From NCBI RefSeq assembly GCF_004010195.1, contig NC_057718.1, forward strand, positions 31,118,272 to 31,154,670: a DNA stretch of 36,399 nucleotides, given 5' to 3'. The notes beneath the pieces were generated by a model that was not told the DNA's origin, searched no databases, and was given only the letters and a program-made list of their open reading frames with translations. Both the position numbers and the translations under genes were made by a program. Below, in pieces: positions 1 through 12,078 of this stretch (positions are counted from its first letter, which is position 1; each line of letters starts with the position of its first letter). This DNA is from Chiloscyllium plagiosum (taxonomy: Eukaryota).

Positions 1-228
1 ATGTTTTTTTTGCCTTTGTGGTTCCTCAATTCCACCCACACAGACTCCACATCATCCGACGCTGTCATTCAATACCATAGATTTAATTTTGTTCTTAACT
101 AACAAGGCAACCCCACCCCCTCTGCTCACCTCTCTGTCTTTTCGATAAGTTGAAAAACCATGGAGGTTTAACTGCCAGTCCTGACCCCCCTGTAACCAAG
201 TCTCTGTGAGGCCTACTACATCATAATC
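1..228 (-). mobile_element. CR1 LINE ORF2 fragment (apurinic endonuclease domain), running off the window start
   Basis: Minus translation DYDVVGLTETWLQGGQDWQLNLHGFSTYRKDREVSRGGGVALLVKNKI, then after a frameshift DVESVWVELRNHKGKK. These are the classic TETWL and RGGGVAL motifs. Confidence 0.9.
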
Positions 229-304
229 ACACTACTACATAATCATATACCATTCAAATTTTCTTTTTAATTTTCTAAGCAGCATCAGTTGCTTCTATTT
301 CTTA

Positions 305-800
305 TGCCAAAATGCATCACTTCACATTTATCGAAGTTCAACTACCAAACCTGCAAGTTTTCAAAATTTCTTGCATTTTTTGTGTATTTTTCATTAGAGT
401 CAGCTGTACTCCAAGTCTGGTAGGATGTGCAACTTTTGAAACTAAGTGAATTTTTCCGAAGTATTTACCATTAGATAAAATAATGAATAGCATTAGCCCT
501 GGTATTGATTCTTGTGGAAAATTGTTTCCTATTTTCCTTCAATCTGAATAACTACCCTTTACCCCATTGCCTGTTTTCCATGTTTTTGCCAATTTGCTAT
601 CCACTCAACTACTTTTTCCCTCACTTCAGATATTCTTGCTGTGTAGCACCTTATCAAAGACCTTTTGAAAATCCAAAATTTGATTTTTACAACTTTATCC
701 TTGTCTATGATATTAAAGTCCACCTTTTAACAGGAAAGTGGATAAGCTTTTGGATCAGAAGTAGATACAAAGTAACACTATTGAGCAAGCCAGTGAATTT
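305..800 (-). mobile_element. Old, decayed CR1 reverse transcriptase fragment
   Basis: ILDFQKVFDKV at 679-647 (RT motif LDFxKAFDKV) and a KCEVMHF-like segment at ~310-328. Confidence 0.7.
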
Positions 801-2379
801 AGATTGTTCTAAATGTTACAGTCCCCTCCTGTAAACTGAACCAAATGGCAACAAGTCAATGAGTAAGTTAAGAATAGGTGGCTCATGTGGAAAGGAATGC
901 TAATATTCTGTTATTCTATGGTCCTATCCTGCTCTTATTACCTCGCCACATTTAGAAACAATTAGTTAGAAATTAGTTTAATTATTTTCATCAGGCACAA
1001 AGTGGTTGCTATTCGTAGCACAGCTTCAATCAGGTAAACATAACAATGGCTCCCAATTAGTCCCTACTGTCCACTTGAACATATATTGACAGTTTGCCTT
1101 GGGGTTTAGATTGGGGGGAGATAGTCTGGGCACATTGCTGACACTGTTTAGATGCAGCCTGTACCTTGTAAAGGGAAATGCGCTTTGGCTGCTGATAACT
1201 ATAACTGAGGATTATGGATTATAGCAAACTGAGGTAAGGCTTGAAGGTCCAATCAGTTTTTGACACTACATTGAAGATATTTATATTCTAAATTTGTGTG
1301 CAATATTCAAACATCTTTTTCATATGGGTGAAGGACAGTGCACAATTGTTTTGGTTGTTCATTATTTTTGAGCTGTATTCAGCTGCACAGGCAGCCACCA
1401 AAACTTGCTGCTGCAGCCTGGGCCTGCTCCCACTGTTACAGCCTGGAGCTTGCCTACAAAAAAAAGAAAAAAAATACAATGTCTGACTTTTTCTGATTTT
1501 CTTTCAGGTTATAGTTAACTCAGTAATATTCGGGAAGAACGCTTAACCTTTGGCATGGCATAAGAACTATTTTCTTCTGCTGATCACCTCATCACTTTTC
1601 CTCTTTGGACATAGACGCTTGCAGTCCTGACGCTCGCTGGAATAAAGTGCCTCACTAACATATGGCACTGCAACGACATTTCCAGGGTGACAGATTGGCT
1701 TTCAGCCTAGATTCTGAGACGTTGCAGACTTAATTACCATGGCACTATGAAGTTACTGCGGGTTTAGAGGTAGGAAGCGCACTACGGTATTCACGGACAT
1801 GAAAGATTACCACCCTGACAACTGTACCTGTGGTTTATTAAAAGTGTTTGGGCTCTTTTTGGGAATGAACTTGCAGCCAAAAACGTACAACAAATTCCGT
1901 CTAGCGGTTATATGGCGATTTCTATTATGCTTCAGCACTGTGAAGGGCCATTAATTCACTTTGAAGACGGAAAATTAACTTACGTCAGTGCATTTGGATC
2001 GCTTCACACAAAAGCCGTTTTGGGTCTTTCTAACTCAAAAAGCTATGACGAAAATAATGGAGGTTTCTTCTCACTTCATTTCCTCTGAGCTTTATTTCTG
2101 GCATGATCGTTTTCTTATTAAAAAAACATCGTGTTTTTATGGTTTCACAGATTATCCATGGAAACAATGAAAGGAATTGTTTCTCAACGAGTCGCATTTT
2201 AAACAAAACATGATCGCTATGCGTGAAGCCAATTGTGAAACTCTGATTAATTATGTTACTGAATAATTATATGCGTACTGAATAAACATTAAATAAATAA
2301 AAATAAATATTAACCAATAAACATTTTCGTATTGCTCATTGAGTGAGGCAGAATCATAGTTGTGATGACAAGTAACATG

Positions 2380-2462
2380 CTGCCAGGGGGCTACCTATCA
2401 CAATGTAAGCTTCATTCTGGCCTTTCAGGGCTGTGAGACGAATGCAGAGCCAGCAGATGGCA
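2380..2462 (+). promoter_or_regulatory. Two tandem CTCF-like motifs
   Basis: CTGCCAGGGGGCT (2380-2392) and CCAGCAGATGGCA (2450-2462) compared with the consensus CCASYAGRKGGCR. Confidence 0.5.
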
Positions 2463-3074
2463 ACATGTAGCGTTCCTTGCATTTTTGGTTCGGAGGGATG
2501 GGGTGGTCGTGTAGATGGGTAACAGCAGTGTGCCCGCATAATAAGGAGTGATCTTTAGTTCCAAAGAAAATCGAGTATTGGTGCTTATTTTCCTTCTGGT
2601 CGGTAAACCAAACCTGATTATGCTTCAATGTAATGCAACAAGCTAAGAATTAATAGAAATATAAAAGACGCATAAATCATAGCAATAGAGAAATCAAACG
2701 CGACTTTTGAAAATCACAATATAGCGAAATCACGTGGTTCAAGATGAAAAAAAGTGTCTGCTCAGTTAAAAAGCTACACAATCACAACAACATTTCGGAA
2801 GTGCCTGATCTTTTAACAAGTAAAAAGCAAAATTAAAATATGCTTCGGACAAGAATTCATGTTACTTTCGGTTCTGCCTCTTCGTAGATATCCCTGCTGT
2901 GCGATAATACTGTGAGGAAAGTAAAAGAGGATGAATAGTATAGTTAAATAGGACTAACCAACCAAAGGACAATCTACTCGCTTTTGAGTTGAGAAAGGTA
3001 CTCACGTAACTATCGTGTTAATAACCCGCCATTACTCCTTCAGGCACTGTAATATTGTTCTACTTTTACAGATA

Positions 3075-3150
3075 AGATAGCTCAGTCAATGTAGAGCTGA
3101 CTGACCTTTTGCGTCAATGCTTCATGTAGCCAATGCAGTTCAAACCAGGT
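3075..3150 (+). mobile_element. Degenerate tRNA-derived SINE head
   Basis: A-box-like TAGCTCAGTC..GTAGAGC and B-box-like GTTCAAACC, without a complete cloverleaf. Confidence 0.35.
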
Positions 3151-4164
3151 AAGACCCAGGGGGTTGGATATGATTATTGAAAATACTAGCTCGTTACTGG
3201 GCATGGAGGACATTCGGTAATTTGACGTACTACCTTACTAACGCAAACGAAGGCATTGGAAGTCCTTGCTATCTACGACCTCACCTCAGCGTTACATTAA
3301 GCACCTCCTTAGTTCTTTGGCTAAATCACGACAACACCAGCGACAACTGAATTAAAACACCAGTACACTACCCTGACATATTTTGGAGTATTTATCGTGT
3401 TTAAAACCTACAAATTGGAGTCCAAACCAGTCTAGGCATGATATTGGGTTTGTAAAAAAAGTCGATAAATTTGGAGAAAATCTAGATCTGATTGTGTCCT
3501 CTCCTCTGATATCACGGTATTTGCATGATTAGAATCTCAAGAATCTAATTTCTTACATCAAACTTAAATATATTGCCGATCTGTTACAAGTTTTAAGCTG
3601 TTTTGTTTTGCAAACCTGTTGAAAATGAAAATGATATAAATGCATGTATTTTGATCTTAAGTGTAAATTGCGTTTGTCTTTTCATAAGCCTTACGCAAAG
3701 ACGTGGATATATTTCTCATACAATTGTGGTTATGCTACAGATATGACTAGGAGCCAAGTTCCCATGTAATTACTGATATATTGGCCAACTCAAGTGGCAT
3801 GGCGTGTCCACGTGGATACAGATGGCATTTCTACCAAGTGAACAATAATAATCCAAATGTAATGTAGATATTTTGCAGATTACAGTCCATTTCTTTGTCG
3901 TTTCATGGCGGCAGGCGAATAGAATAAGTCAGAAGAGAACATCTGTAGTTATTCCCTTGCCGATTCCCTTGGCTGGTTGTGACGAACACGCGGAGGTTCG
4001 TCACTTATGGAGATACAGCATGCCTTTAGCAGAAATTGTACCGTATTACGAAGAATTGATTGGTTTGAACCTAAACGACTTTTTTTTTGACAAATAAGAT
4101 GATCAATGAATTCAAATCGATATAATAATTAGACTTCAAGAGTGAAAAGGAAATTGAAACAAAG

Positions 4165-4370
4165 AAAATAGGATCGAGAGTAAGCCATTCGACCCATAGA
4201 GTCTGCCCCGCCATTCAAATGACCATCTATCTTTAAACCTGAGGTATTTGTTTTTGTCAAGCTAGGGTATTGAGGGAAAAGGGCCAAATGTAGGTGCATG
4301 GAGTTAGACCACAGATCAGTCCATTATTTCATTAAATGGCTGAATAGTTATTTCTAGTTCCATTTCTTTT
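4165..4370. mobile_element. Two short CR1 3'-end remnants in opposite orientations
   Basis: gagtaagccattcgacccatagagtctgccccgccattcaa (minus 3' end) followed by ggagttagaccacagatcag...aatggctgaat (plus 3' end). Confidence 0.55.
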
Positions 4371-4449
4371 CTCCATATCTTTACACGTTGGTGTCTAGAA
4401 ATCTACATATTTCTACTTACGTACATGCAATGATTTGGCCTCCACCACT

Positions 4450-4913
4450 TATAATAAAACAAAAAGCTGTGAATGCTGGCGATCTGAAACAAAACAGAGA
4501 CTGCTGGAGAAACTCAGTATACTTGCATCTGTGGAGAGAAAAATATAGAGTTAACAATTGGGAGTTCAGTGACACTTCCTCAAAACTGGAAGCAGCTGGG
4601 AAATGATGACATTTATGCTGACAATGGTGGGGTTGTGGGGATGTGTTGGTAAGAGTAAGTCAAGTAGATGGCGAGATGGAGTTTGTGTCCAGAGAGAGAG
4701 AGAGTAACAATAAATAGACAAAGGGATTGCTGATGATAAATTGGGAGAAAGATAAATGCGAATGGAAATTGTGAATAGTCAAAACTGGGTTGGCTGTACT
4801 GGAAACAACCCATATAGAAGAGGATCTGGGGGTCACAGGGTGGGTCACAAACATGAAGTAAGGTGTTCATCCTCTAAAATAGTCAAACTCAATGTTGAGT
4901 CCTGAGGATTGTC
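4450..4913 (-). mobile_element. Penelope-like element 3' end (GIY-YIG C-terminus, 3' UTR, terminal repeat with degenerate hammerhead)
   Basis: Minus 4911-4867 translates QSSGLNIEFDYFRG* (PxGLN-type endonuclease terminus). It is followed by a pyrimidine-rich UTR and then AGTT-TTGAGGA-AGTGTCACTGAACTC...GTT-AACT-CT...ccacagatgc...ctccagcag...cagatcgccagcatt. Confidence 0.7.
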
Positions 4914-4944
4914 ACTGAGAGCGGACCCAAAAAAGAATTCCACA

Positions 4945-5250
4945 AAATCATAGCATGGAAACAGGTCATTTGGCCCATCGAGACCACATCTGCTTCTCCC
5001 ACCCTACAACCCTGGATTTTCCACGGATAATCCACTTAGTCTGCACATCCCTGGACAGAATGGTCTATTTATCTTGGCTAATCCATCTAACCTGCACATC
5101 GTTGGACTGTGGGACGAAGCACCATGAGGAAACCAACTAGACACAGGGAGAACAGGCAAACCCCACCTAGGCAGTCACCCGAGGATGGAATAGAACACTG
5201 GTTCCTGGTGCTGTGTGATAGTACCGTTAACCATTGAGCCACCATGCTGC
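4945..5250 (-). mobile_element. HE1-like V-SINE (older copy)
   Basis: tRNA-like head at ~5250-5170, V-domain (gtttgcctgttctccctgtgtct...ggtttcctc) and CR1-type tail. Similar to the copy at 31176-31496. Confidence 0.8.
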
Positions 5251-5274
5251 TAGCCCTACTCAGAATCCTGATGC

Positions 5275-6010
5275 TAGAGGGAATATAATCCCTGTCTGTC
5301 TAGCCCTGACAAAGTTGTATACATTTCAATGAGATCTCCTCTTACTCTCTAAACTCCAGTAAATACAAGTCTAGTTGACTCACTCACTCCTTGTGCAACA
5401 AGCATGCCATCATAGGAGCTATTTTGTTGAACCTTCACTGCAGAACCTTCACTGTTATGCAAGAAAGAAGCGCATACAATACTCCAGGTGTGATCTCACC
5501 AAAGCTCTGTGGAGCTGCAACAACATATTTTTGCTCCTGTATTCTATTCCTTTCACAATGAAAGCCAACAAACCACTTCTTAACCACTTACTGCATTGCA
5601 TGCTTACTTCTAGTAACTGACTTACGAGGACTCACGAGCCCTTCTCTACATCAACATTTCCCAATCTGTCAGGATTTAAATAGCATCCTGCTATTCTGTT
5701 TATCCTCCGAAAGTGGACAACTTAACACTTATCCATGTTGTCTTGCATCTGCCATAAATTTTCCCACTGAATTAACTCGTCAAAATTGCCTTGAAACTTT
5801 GTTATTCCGTCCTCACCACTCGCATTTGCACCTAGTTTTGTGTCATCAGTAAACTTAAAGACATTTCGTTTGACTCCTTTATCCAAAATGTTGACATATA
5901 AGTTGTGCATAGTAGAGACACAAGCACTGAGCACGAGGGCACCCTACTAGTCACCCCAACTTCCACTCTGAAATAGTCCTAATTTTTCCCACTCTTTGCT
6001 TCCAGCCATC
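5275..6010 (-). mobile_element. CR1 LINE RT fragment
   Basis: The ORF-track peptide has FKFTDDTKLG...FQGNFDELIQWENLWQMQDNMDKC (cf. FADDTKLG...WQMxFNxDKC). CR1-like sequence continues to ~5280. Confidence 0.85.
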
Positions 6011-7692
6011 CAAAAGTATTGCCAAACATTTACTTTTATTCCCTCTATTTTCAATGAAGTGCTTCATCTATGACTTCATAAGTGGAATTCCAAGTGCAGA
6101 TTTTACATCATCTTTTAACAATACATCATGATACGCTGGAATGCTTCATAGCAAAGAAGAGCGTCCATTCTTGATGTTAAAGTGAAGATGTGGATCTAAG
6201 ATTTTGAACTGACAGACTTTTGTGTTTTAATATGGGGTGAATTACCGTAGCGAGTTTTTAAGCATTACCTATAGAGGTTTATAAGAATGTAATTGCTACA
6301 TCTATGATTTACTGCAATGAACAATTTAATTATATCCACGTGGGACAGCCAAGTTGTTAATGGATCATGCATCATGGCGTTTAGTTGTGAAATTGAACCC
6401 TTGTGACTCTGCTCCTAATTGACTCTTATATTGAATAACCCCGAAATTAACCCATACCGACTGAAATGCAGTTCTGTTTACATAGCTATAAAATTAAGTT
6501 TACATAAAAAGTGCTCTCGTAATGCATTCAACCATATTGTTATTGTTTCTGTTGTTCCAGTTACTTATAGATTTTTTTTTGATGCGTGAACAAGTTTACA
6601 CAAACTTTTTTAAGCCTGTTTTCAATCCAGAGTCACCCATTCTTGTCTGCTTTCATTTAACACCCAACTATATGTCGTATATTGATAAATCAACACTGTT
6701 GGTGACGACAACGTCGATTGGTCAGCTGAAATATTGAAACATTCATCCCTCATGAATTGTATTACTTTATTTCAAACATTTTCGATAAATTATTTTTGTT
6801 TGAAACGTATGCTGCTTTGATAAAATGCACCAGTCAGCAGCCAGTCGAAAGTGAGTTATGAGTAATGCAAAAGTGTTGGGTACGTTTATGATGCCATCTG
6901 TAGCGATTGCATTTTCCCACAAAACGGCACAATAACTTTAAAGTGAAACGATGGTTCATCAATCCAACAAAGAATTTCAGAGGAACGTCTTCAGCAAAGC
7001 ATGACACAAATGACAATTCCAGTGGTAGCATCCCACCAGTGGTATAGTTGGGGCAAATACCATGGATACATTTTATGTGAAACTACAGAAGTTCATGAAG
7101 GAAAATATAGTAGAAGGACATGGCGATGGGATTAGATAAAATATGTGTGAATGTATGGACTGTTACTGCCTGGATAATCTAGTAGGGCCGAGTGGTCTGC
7201 TTCTCCGCAAGGCATTCAAGGGCATATTGCAAAAAAAATCTAAGTATTGACTTCACTGATGTATTTCCTGAAAGCTCACACCCACACACAGGACGAGAAG
7301 ACTTTTAAAGGCCAAAATGATGGACCCAGACGGCCAGTTCTGTCAGCGACCCACTTAGTCTCTTACACTGCACAATAAAGTTCCATGAAATGATTGATCT
7401 TAGCCGGTAAAAGTAATTTTAAAAATCAAACTAACACCATATTTTTATACTTTTATGCAGAAACTCCCTCAGCAAAAATCAATATTTTAAGGCCTACTTA
7501 TGTATTCTGGAACAAATTCGTATTTATGCCGTAATTTTAACATCTAACAAAAACAATTTCTCCCAGGATCTTGCTAAACTTGCTGAGCAAATTCGGTACC
7601 AGGTGCCAATCTGAATCTCAGGAGAAGCAGACTGAGAACCACTCACTGTTCTTAGGTTTGGTTCTGCTTACAATGCAAAGCAAGCATACTGT

Positions 7693-7820
7693 TTCAAGGA
7701 ATGGTCACCGGACCCCGAAACGTTAACTCTCTTCATAGATGATGCCAGACCTGCTGAGCTTTTCCAGCAACTTCTGTTTTTGTTTCTGATTTACAGTATC
7801 CGCAGTTCTTTTGGTTTTGC
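7693..7820 (+). mobile_element. Solo Penelope-type terminal repeat with partial hammerhead
   Basis: GGTC-ACCG-GACC-CC-GAAA-CGTT-AACT followed by the family body gatgccagacctgctgagctttccagca...tccgcagtt. Flanked by AGCATACTGT / AGTGTACTGT, a possible TSD. Confidence 0.7.
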
Positions 7821-10044
7821 AGTGTACTGTCAGGACCGGTTCAGACAGTCTTTTGGGCCTCATGAGCACTTTTGATATCCGCAAGATGTCGTACAGACAT
7901 GTAGAGAGTAGGGATTCACTCGCGAAAATCGCTGGTTGAAATGCGAACTATTGGGGCAGAACTTTCTCGAAACAAACAAGCAGAAGTTCCAGTCAAGCAG
8001 GAGCCAAGTAGAGGGTTCTATTTGGTTAGTACCCCAGCTGCATCTGCCTGTAGCGGACCAAATGCAAATACAGCTTTAATTCACATCTCAGAAAACGAAA
8101 TCCCAACTGAAGGATTATGCAAGTTTTCATTTAGCGTCATTCTGAACATAAATGATTTTGCCAAACATAGGCTGGTTCATACTGTCCATGTATCTCCGTT
8201 ATAGAATGCTTGGGCTATGCAATCACTAAACATCAGAGTATCAACTTGACCTTAATTCAAATCCAGATGGAAAAAAAAATGAAAAACCAGCGATTGATGC
8301 CAATGAGGACCCGGTGGTGTTGCAACTGGTTAATTGCAAAGTTTTTTTTTCTGCAGGTTGCATTAATAATAGTAATTAATAAGATTGCCTACTTCAATGC
8401 CCACCAACAATTAACGGCTAGAAAGTGAAAACACAGACCTACTTCAGGGTTTAAAGGCTAGTTAGAAATATATTCATGTAACTGGGGTTTGGGTTGACTA
8501 AACTGTGACCCAGCTGAACAATCTCTTGCACTCTTATGTAGAAATTACAGTACCCAAACAGATCATTTGACCCAACTATTGTACGCTGGTGTTTATGCTC
8601 CATATCACAATCTCTCACTCTGCTTCATCCTACTGCATCTGCATGAATTATTTAAATAGAACTGTATTAGAGCAGAGGTATGCCTGAACAGCCAATGCAA
8701 AACTACATGCATTACAGTGAACGGAGCATAAACAGGCCAAAATAAAAACAGATGCCTTCAACAAAGCTTGGACGATATGTCAAACCACCGGTTCTTTCTT
8801 TGCTTTACTCCTGGAAATTATAAAGAATAATCGAGCGACAAGCCCTTTTTAATTTCGGCCAAGTAAATTCACAGTGAGCTTGACGGCTACTTCTAAAAAT
8901 AATGTAATTCAAGGATGAGCCGATTATGCAACTGTATTTGCGTGGAGGGCTTGTGGGGATTGGGAAGTCGAATCCGTGTTTATTCGTGGTGGGTGGATAA
9001 AATAACATATGACTGCATACAACATTAATATTTTTATTCTTTTTTCGATACTGGAGAACGTGGTCTATGGTTCTGCCCTATACTTTTTTTTTATCGGTGT
9101 ACAATATTACTGAGGCAAAAGAGATAATTCAGGATGTCTGGTCCCGTATCAATCACTCAGAAGTTAGAAACTAAGCACTTCTAGAAGGAGAGAAAATAAG
9201 TTTTGTTTTCTAAGCTTGTAAATTTAGTTCAGTTACGTTCATGAAACTTCCAGGCCGTGGCAATCAAAAAATTGGATCGCAAACAATTTCACTCCCCCCA
9301 CCACCCCCACCTCCGTCCTCCGTACATCAGTCAAACTATAAAATGTGAGATTACTCCCTAACATTTCTTGCTCCCCACTTCTCCTTTCCCGGGATTCTCA
9401 ATCCATTTCCTATCAGTGTTCAGATCTGCCCTGATTCCTGATTTACATTGCGTTTATACGATTTCATTTTCACTTTCTGTTTAATTATTTATGAACATCT
9501 GAATACTTTTATAGTTATACTATTATTGTCATACATTGCCTAAAAAGGTAAATGAAGACAAATCGTTCCCTATAACAGTGAATTTGGGCTATAAATGTAT
9601 TCTGGGATTCGCAATGCAAATATGCGCATAATTTTAGATGCCTTCGTTTATTATTAAATATGCCGTTGCATTGTGTTTTTGTCATCAACTAAGGCGATGG
9701 AGATATTGTACCAATGAGACAATTTTCTCCTACATACATTATTTGCATAATATCAGTGCTATAAATATACATAAGTCTGAATTCACCACTGCTCAATATT
9801 TAATCTTCAGAGTTAACCAACAACATTTCCACCTTGAGAGACTGAAAACAAATATCCTCATAATAATTAGACCTAGTGCGGTTTTCCATCGGTTAGCAGA
9901 ATTGTCTAGGCATGTACTGCATCTTTAGGGTAATAGCATTTACCTAAAGCTATTAGCTGCGTTACACAGATTCTCAACGTATTCAGTTTTACAGGCATCA
10001 ACTTCTCAATAAACAAACTACAGTTAATAAAGATTGAGACAATA

Positions 10045-10330
10045 AGTAAAGCAGAATACGGCGAATGCTGGAAATATTAGATAAAGAAGCTGAAAATACT
10101 GAGAATACTTAGCAGGCCTGGGAGCATCTGTGCAAAGTAAAAATGGTTTAAATCTTTAAACAATAAACTGAAAGTTTTGAAGATGTGTCAAATTGGATTC
10201 GAAACAGTAAATTTCTATCCTTATCTCTGTTTTCCCGTAGTATCCTCAAATTAAAAAAAAAGTTGGAAATAAATAGCCACTTGACACTTGCTCAGCATTT
10301 TCGTGTTTTAGTGCAGATTCCCAGCATTTG
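10045..10330. mobile_element. Old inverted pair of the same terminal-repeat family
   Basis: Left arm gaatgctggaaat...tagcaggcctgggagcatctgtg (minus orientation) and right arm cagcattttcgtgttttagtgcagattcccagcatttg (plus orientation). Confidence 0.55.
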
Positions 10331-11959
10331 GGATGGTCCTTCCCTCCGCACCTAGTGATTTGTATTCCTCTCTTGAGTTTCGCTATTTTCGCACTAAACT
10401 CCAAATGGTATAATTGGATTCTGCGCTATACAATGGCAATAGATTCTTGGACAAATGAACTAATATTTTCAGCAATACACCAGGGAGAGGCAGAAGTATA
10501 TAAAAGGGAATATATCAGTCCTTTATTATCAATGGGATAAAACTGTGGAGCACTCAAATTAAATGAGGTTCGTTGAATTGAATTGCGCATTGAACAAGTT
10601 TCCTATTTACGAAGTACAGGGAATATAATTATTCAATATAAAGCAATTATTCTCAGTTGTACTATAGTCCTCACTCTCTCCTACTTATTACATTGATCGT
10701 TATTGATGTATTCAATAATTCCTGAGTTTAATTTTTTTGCCTCGAATGGAATATAGTAACTTACGTATTAATTACACTTTAAAATTCCTATTGTGACTCT
10801 CGACCTACAGGTTACCTGCTGTCTGACCCCGCAGTCGTCTCAGCGCAGTCACGTTAGTTCTGTTTTAACTTTCAAAGGCATCTAAGCACAGCTGTAAAGC
10901 TCTGTTAGATTTTAGTGATATTGTTTGATCGAAACTGTACCGGGTATTGTGACCAGTCCTCCGAATAAGGGGGAGAAAAAACGCGGGGCTTTCTTAATTT
11001 CTTAACACATTTAACAAATTTCTTAATTTGTTTTTGCCCGCCGTAGTCTTATTTACCACCTCGCCCCCACACCCTCCCCTCTCCGGGTGAAGTTCGTCCG
11101 TGCGTCATCAACACTTCTGAAAGTTACTATAGTCAGTTCTAATGCCAGACGTAGGAGTCTGGAGAACACTGGCAAATTTTGCTCCGACATTTGCTGCGAG
11201 GACACCCATTTTCGAATGTCAAAACAAGCATCTCTTATCTGTCAGTTACAAATGATTCTTAGTGAGAGATTTAAAGTAAAGGTTTGAAAATATGGTCAAA
11301 TTTAAAATGGAAACATGGTGTCTCCTAACATATAATTGCATTCGGGTGCCAGTTTCATCTTCCTGAGCCAGTTTATACACTTACATTAAAATCACTAAAG
11401 CACATACATAATTTTAAATCATTGCTGGCTATATTGTCCTTCGATGGTCTCATGGCAATTCGTTTGCAGTCAGTAATTTTCAATTTATGCAATTGAATTG
11501 TAATTTTTAAGTAGCTAGATGGTAAAGGAGAGGTTAACGGCATGATAAGATGTTTTTGTTTAAAAGTAATTCTCTGGTATTTCATGGCTGAGCCTGTATG
11601 TTAACTGCTAGATTTACGGAGAAAATTGCTTGTGACCGAAGAAACGGCGTTACGACACGTTATAAACTGAAATATGAACGACAAGGCCAAACGTCAAGTT
11701 TAGCTTAGCGTGGATAAGTCAGAGTTTAGAATTTGTTTTACTGATTTAAATTAGCAAGTGTAAAAATCAGTTTAATTTCCACGAAAGTGACTTCTATACC
11801 TTTATCCAAGACCTTCCCATTATTGAGAATATATGCTTTAGCACTAGTTATTTCAGTTTACAAAAAAATAATCAATTTAATGGCATACAGTCGACAGCAT
11901 AGCATTTCTTTACATTTATGTCAAACAGTTTTACCATCCGAACAAATAAATACATGAAT

Positions 11960-12078
11960 AAGCAAGTTTTGGAGGGAAATGGGCCAAGCGCAGGCAGATG
12001 GGACTGGTTTAGTCTGGGAACATGGTCGCCATGGACTAGTTGGACTGAAGAGTCTGTTTCCATGCTGTGTGACTCCCT
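11960..12078 (+). mobile_element. CR1 (HER1-like) 3' end / HE1 tail
   Basis: ggagggaaatgggccaagcgcaggcagatgggact...catggactagttggactgaagagtctgtttccatgctgtgtgactc, homologous to the SINE tails in this window. Confidence 0.75.

Noticed and set aside
3075..3150. Functional tRNA gene
   Set aside because: A/B-box-like motifs are present, but there is no acceptor stem or cloverleaf.
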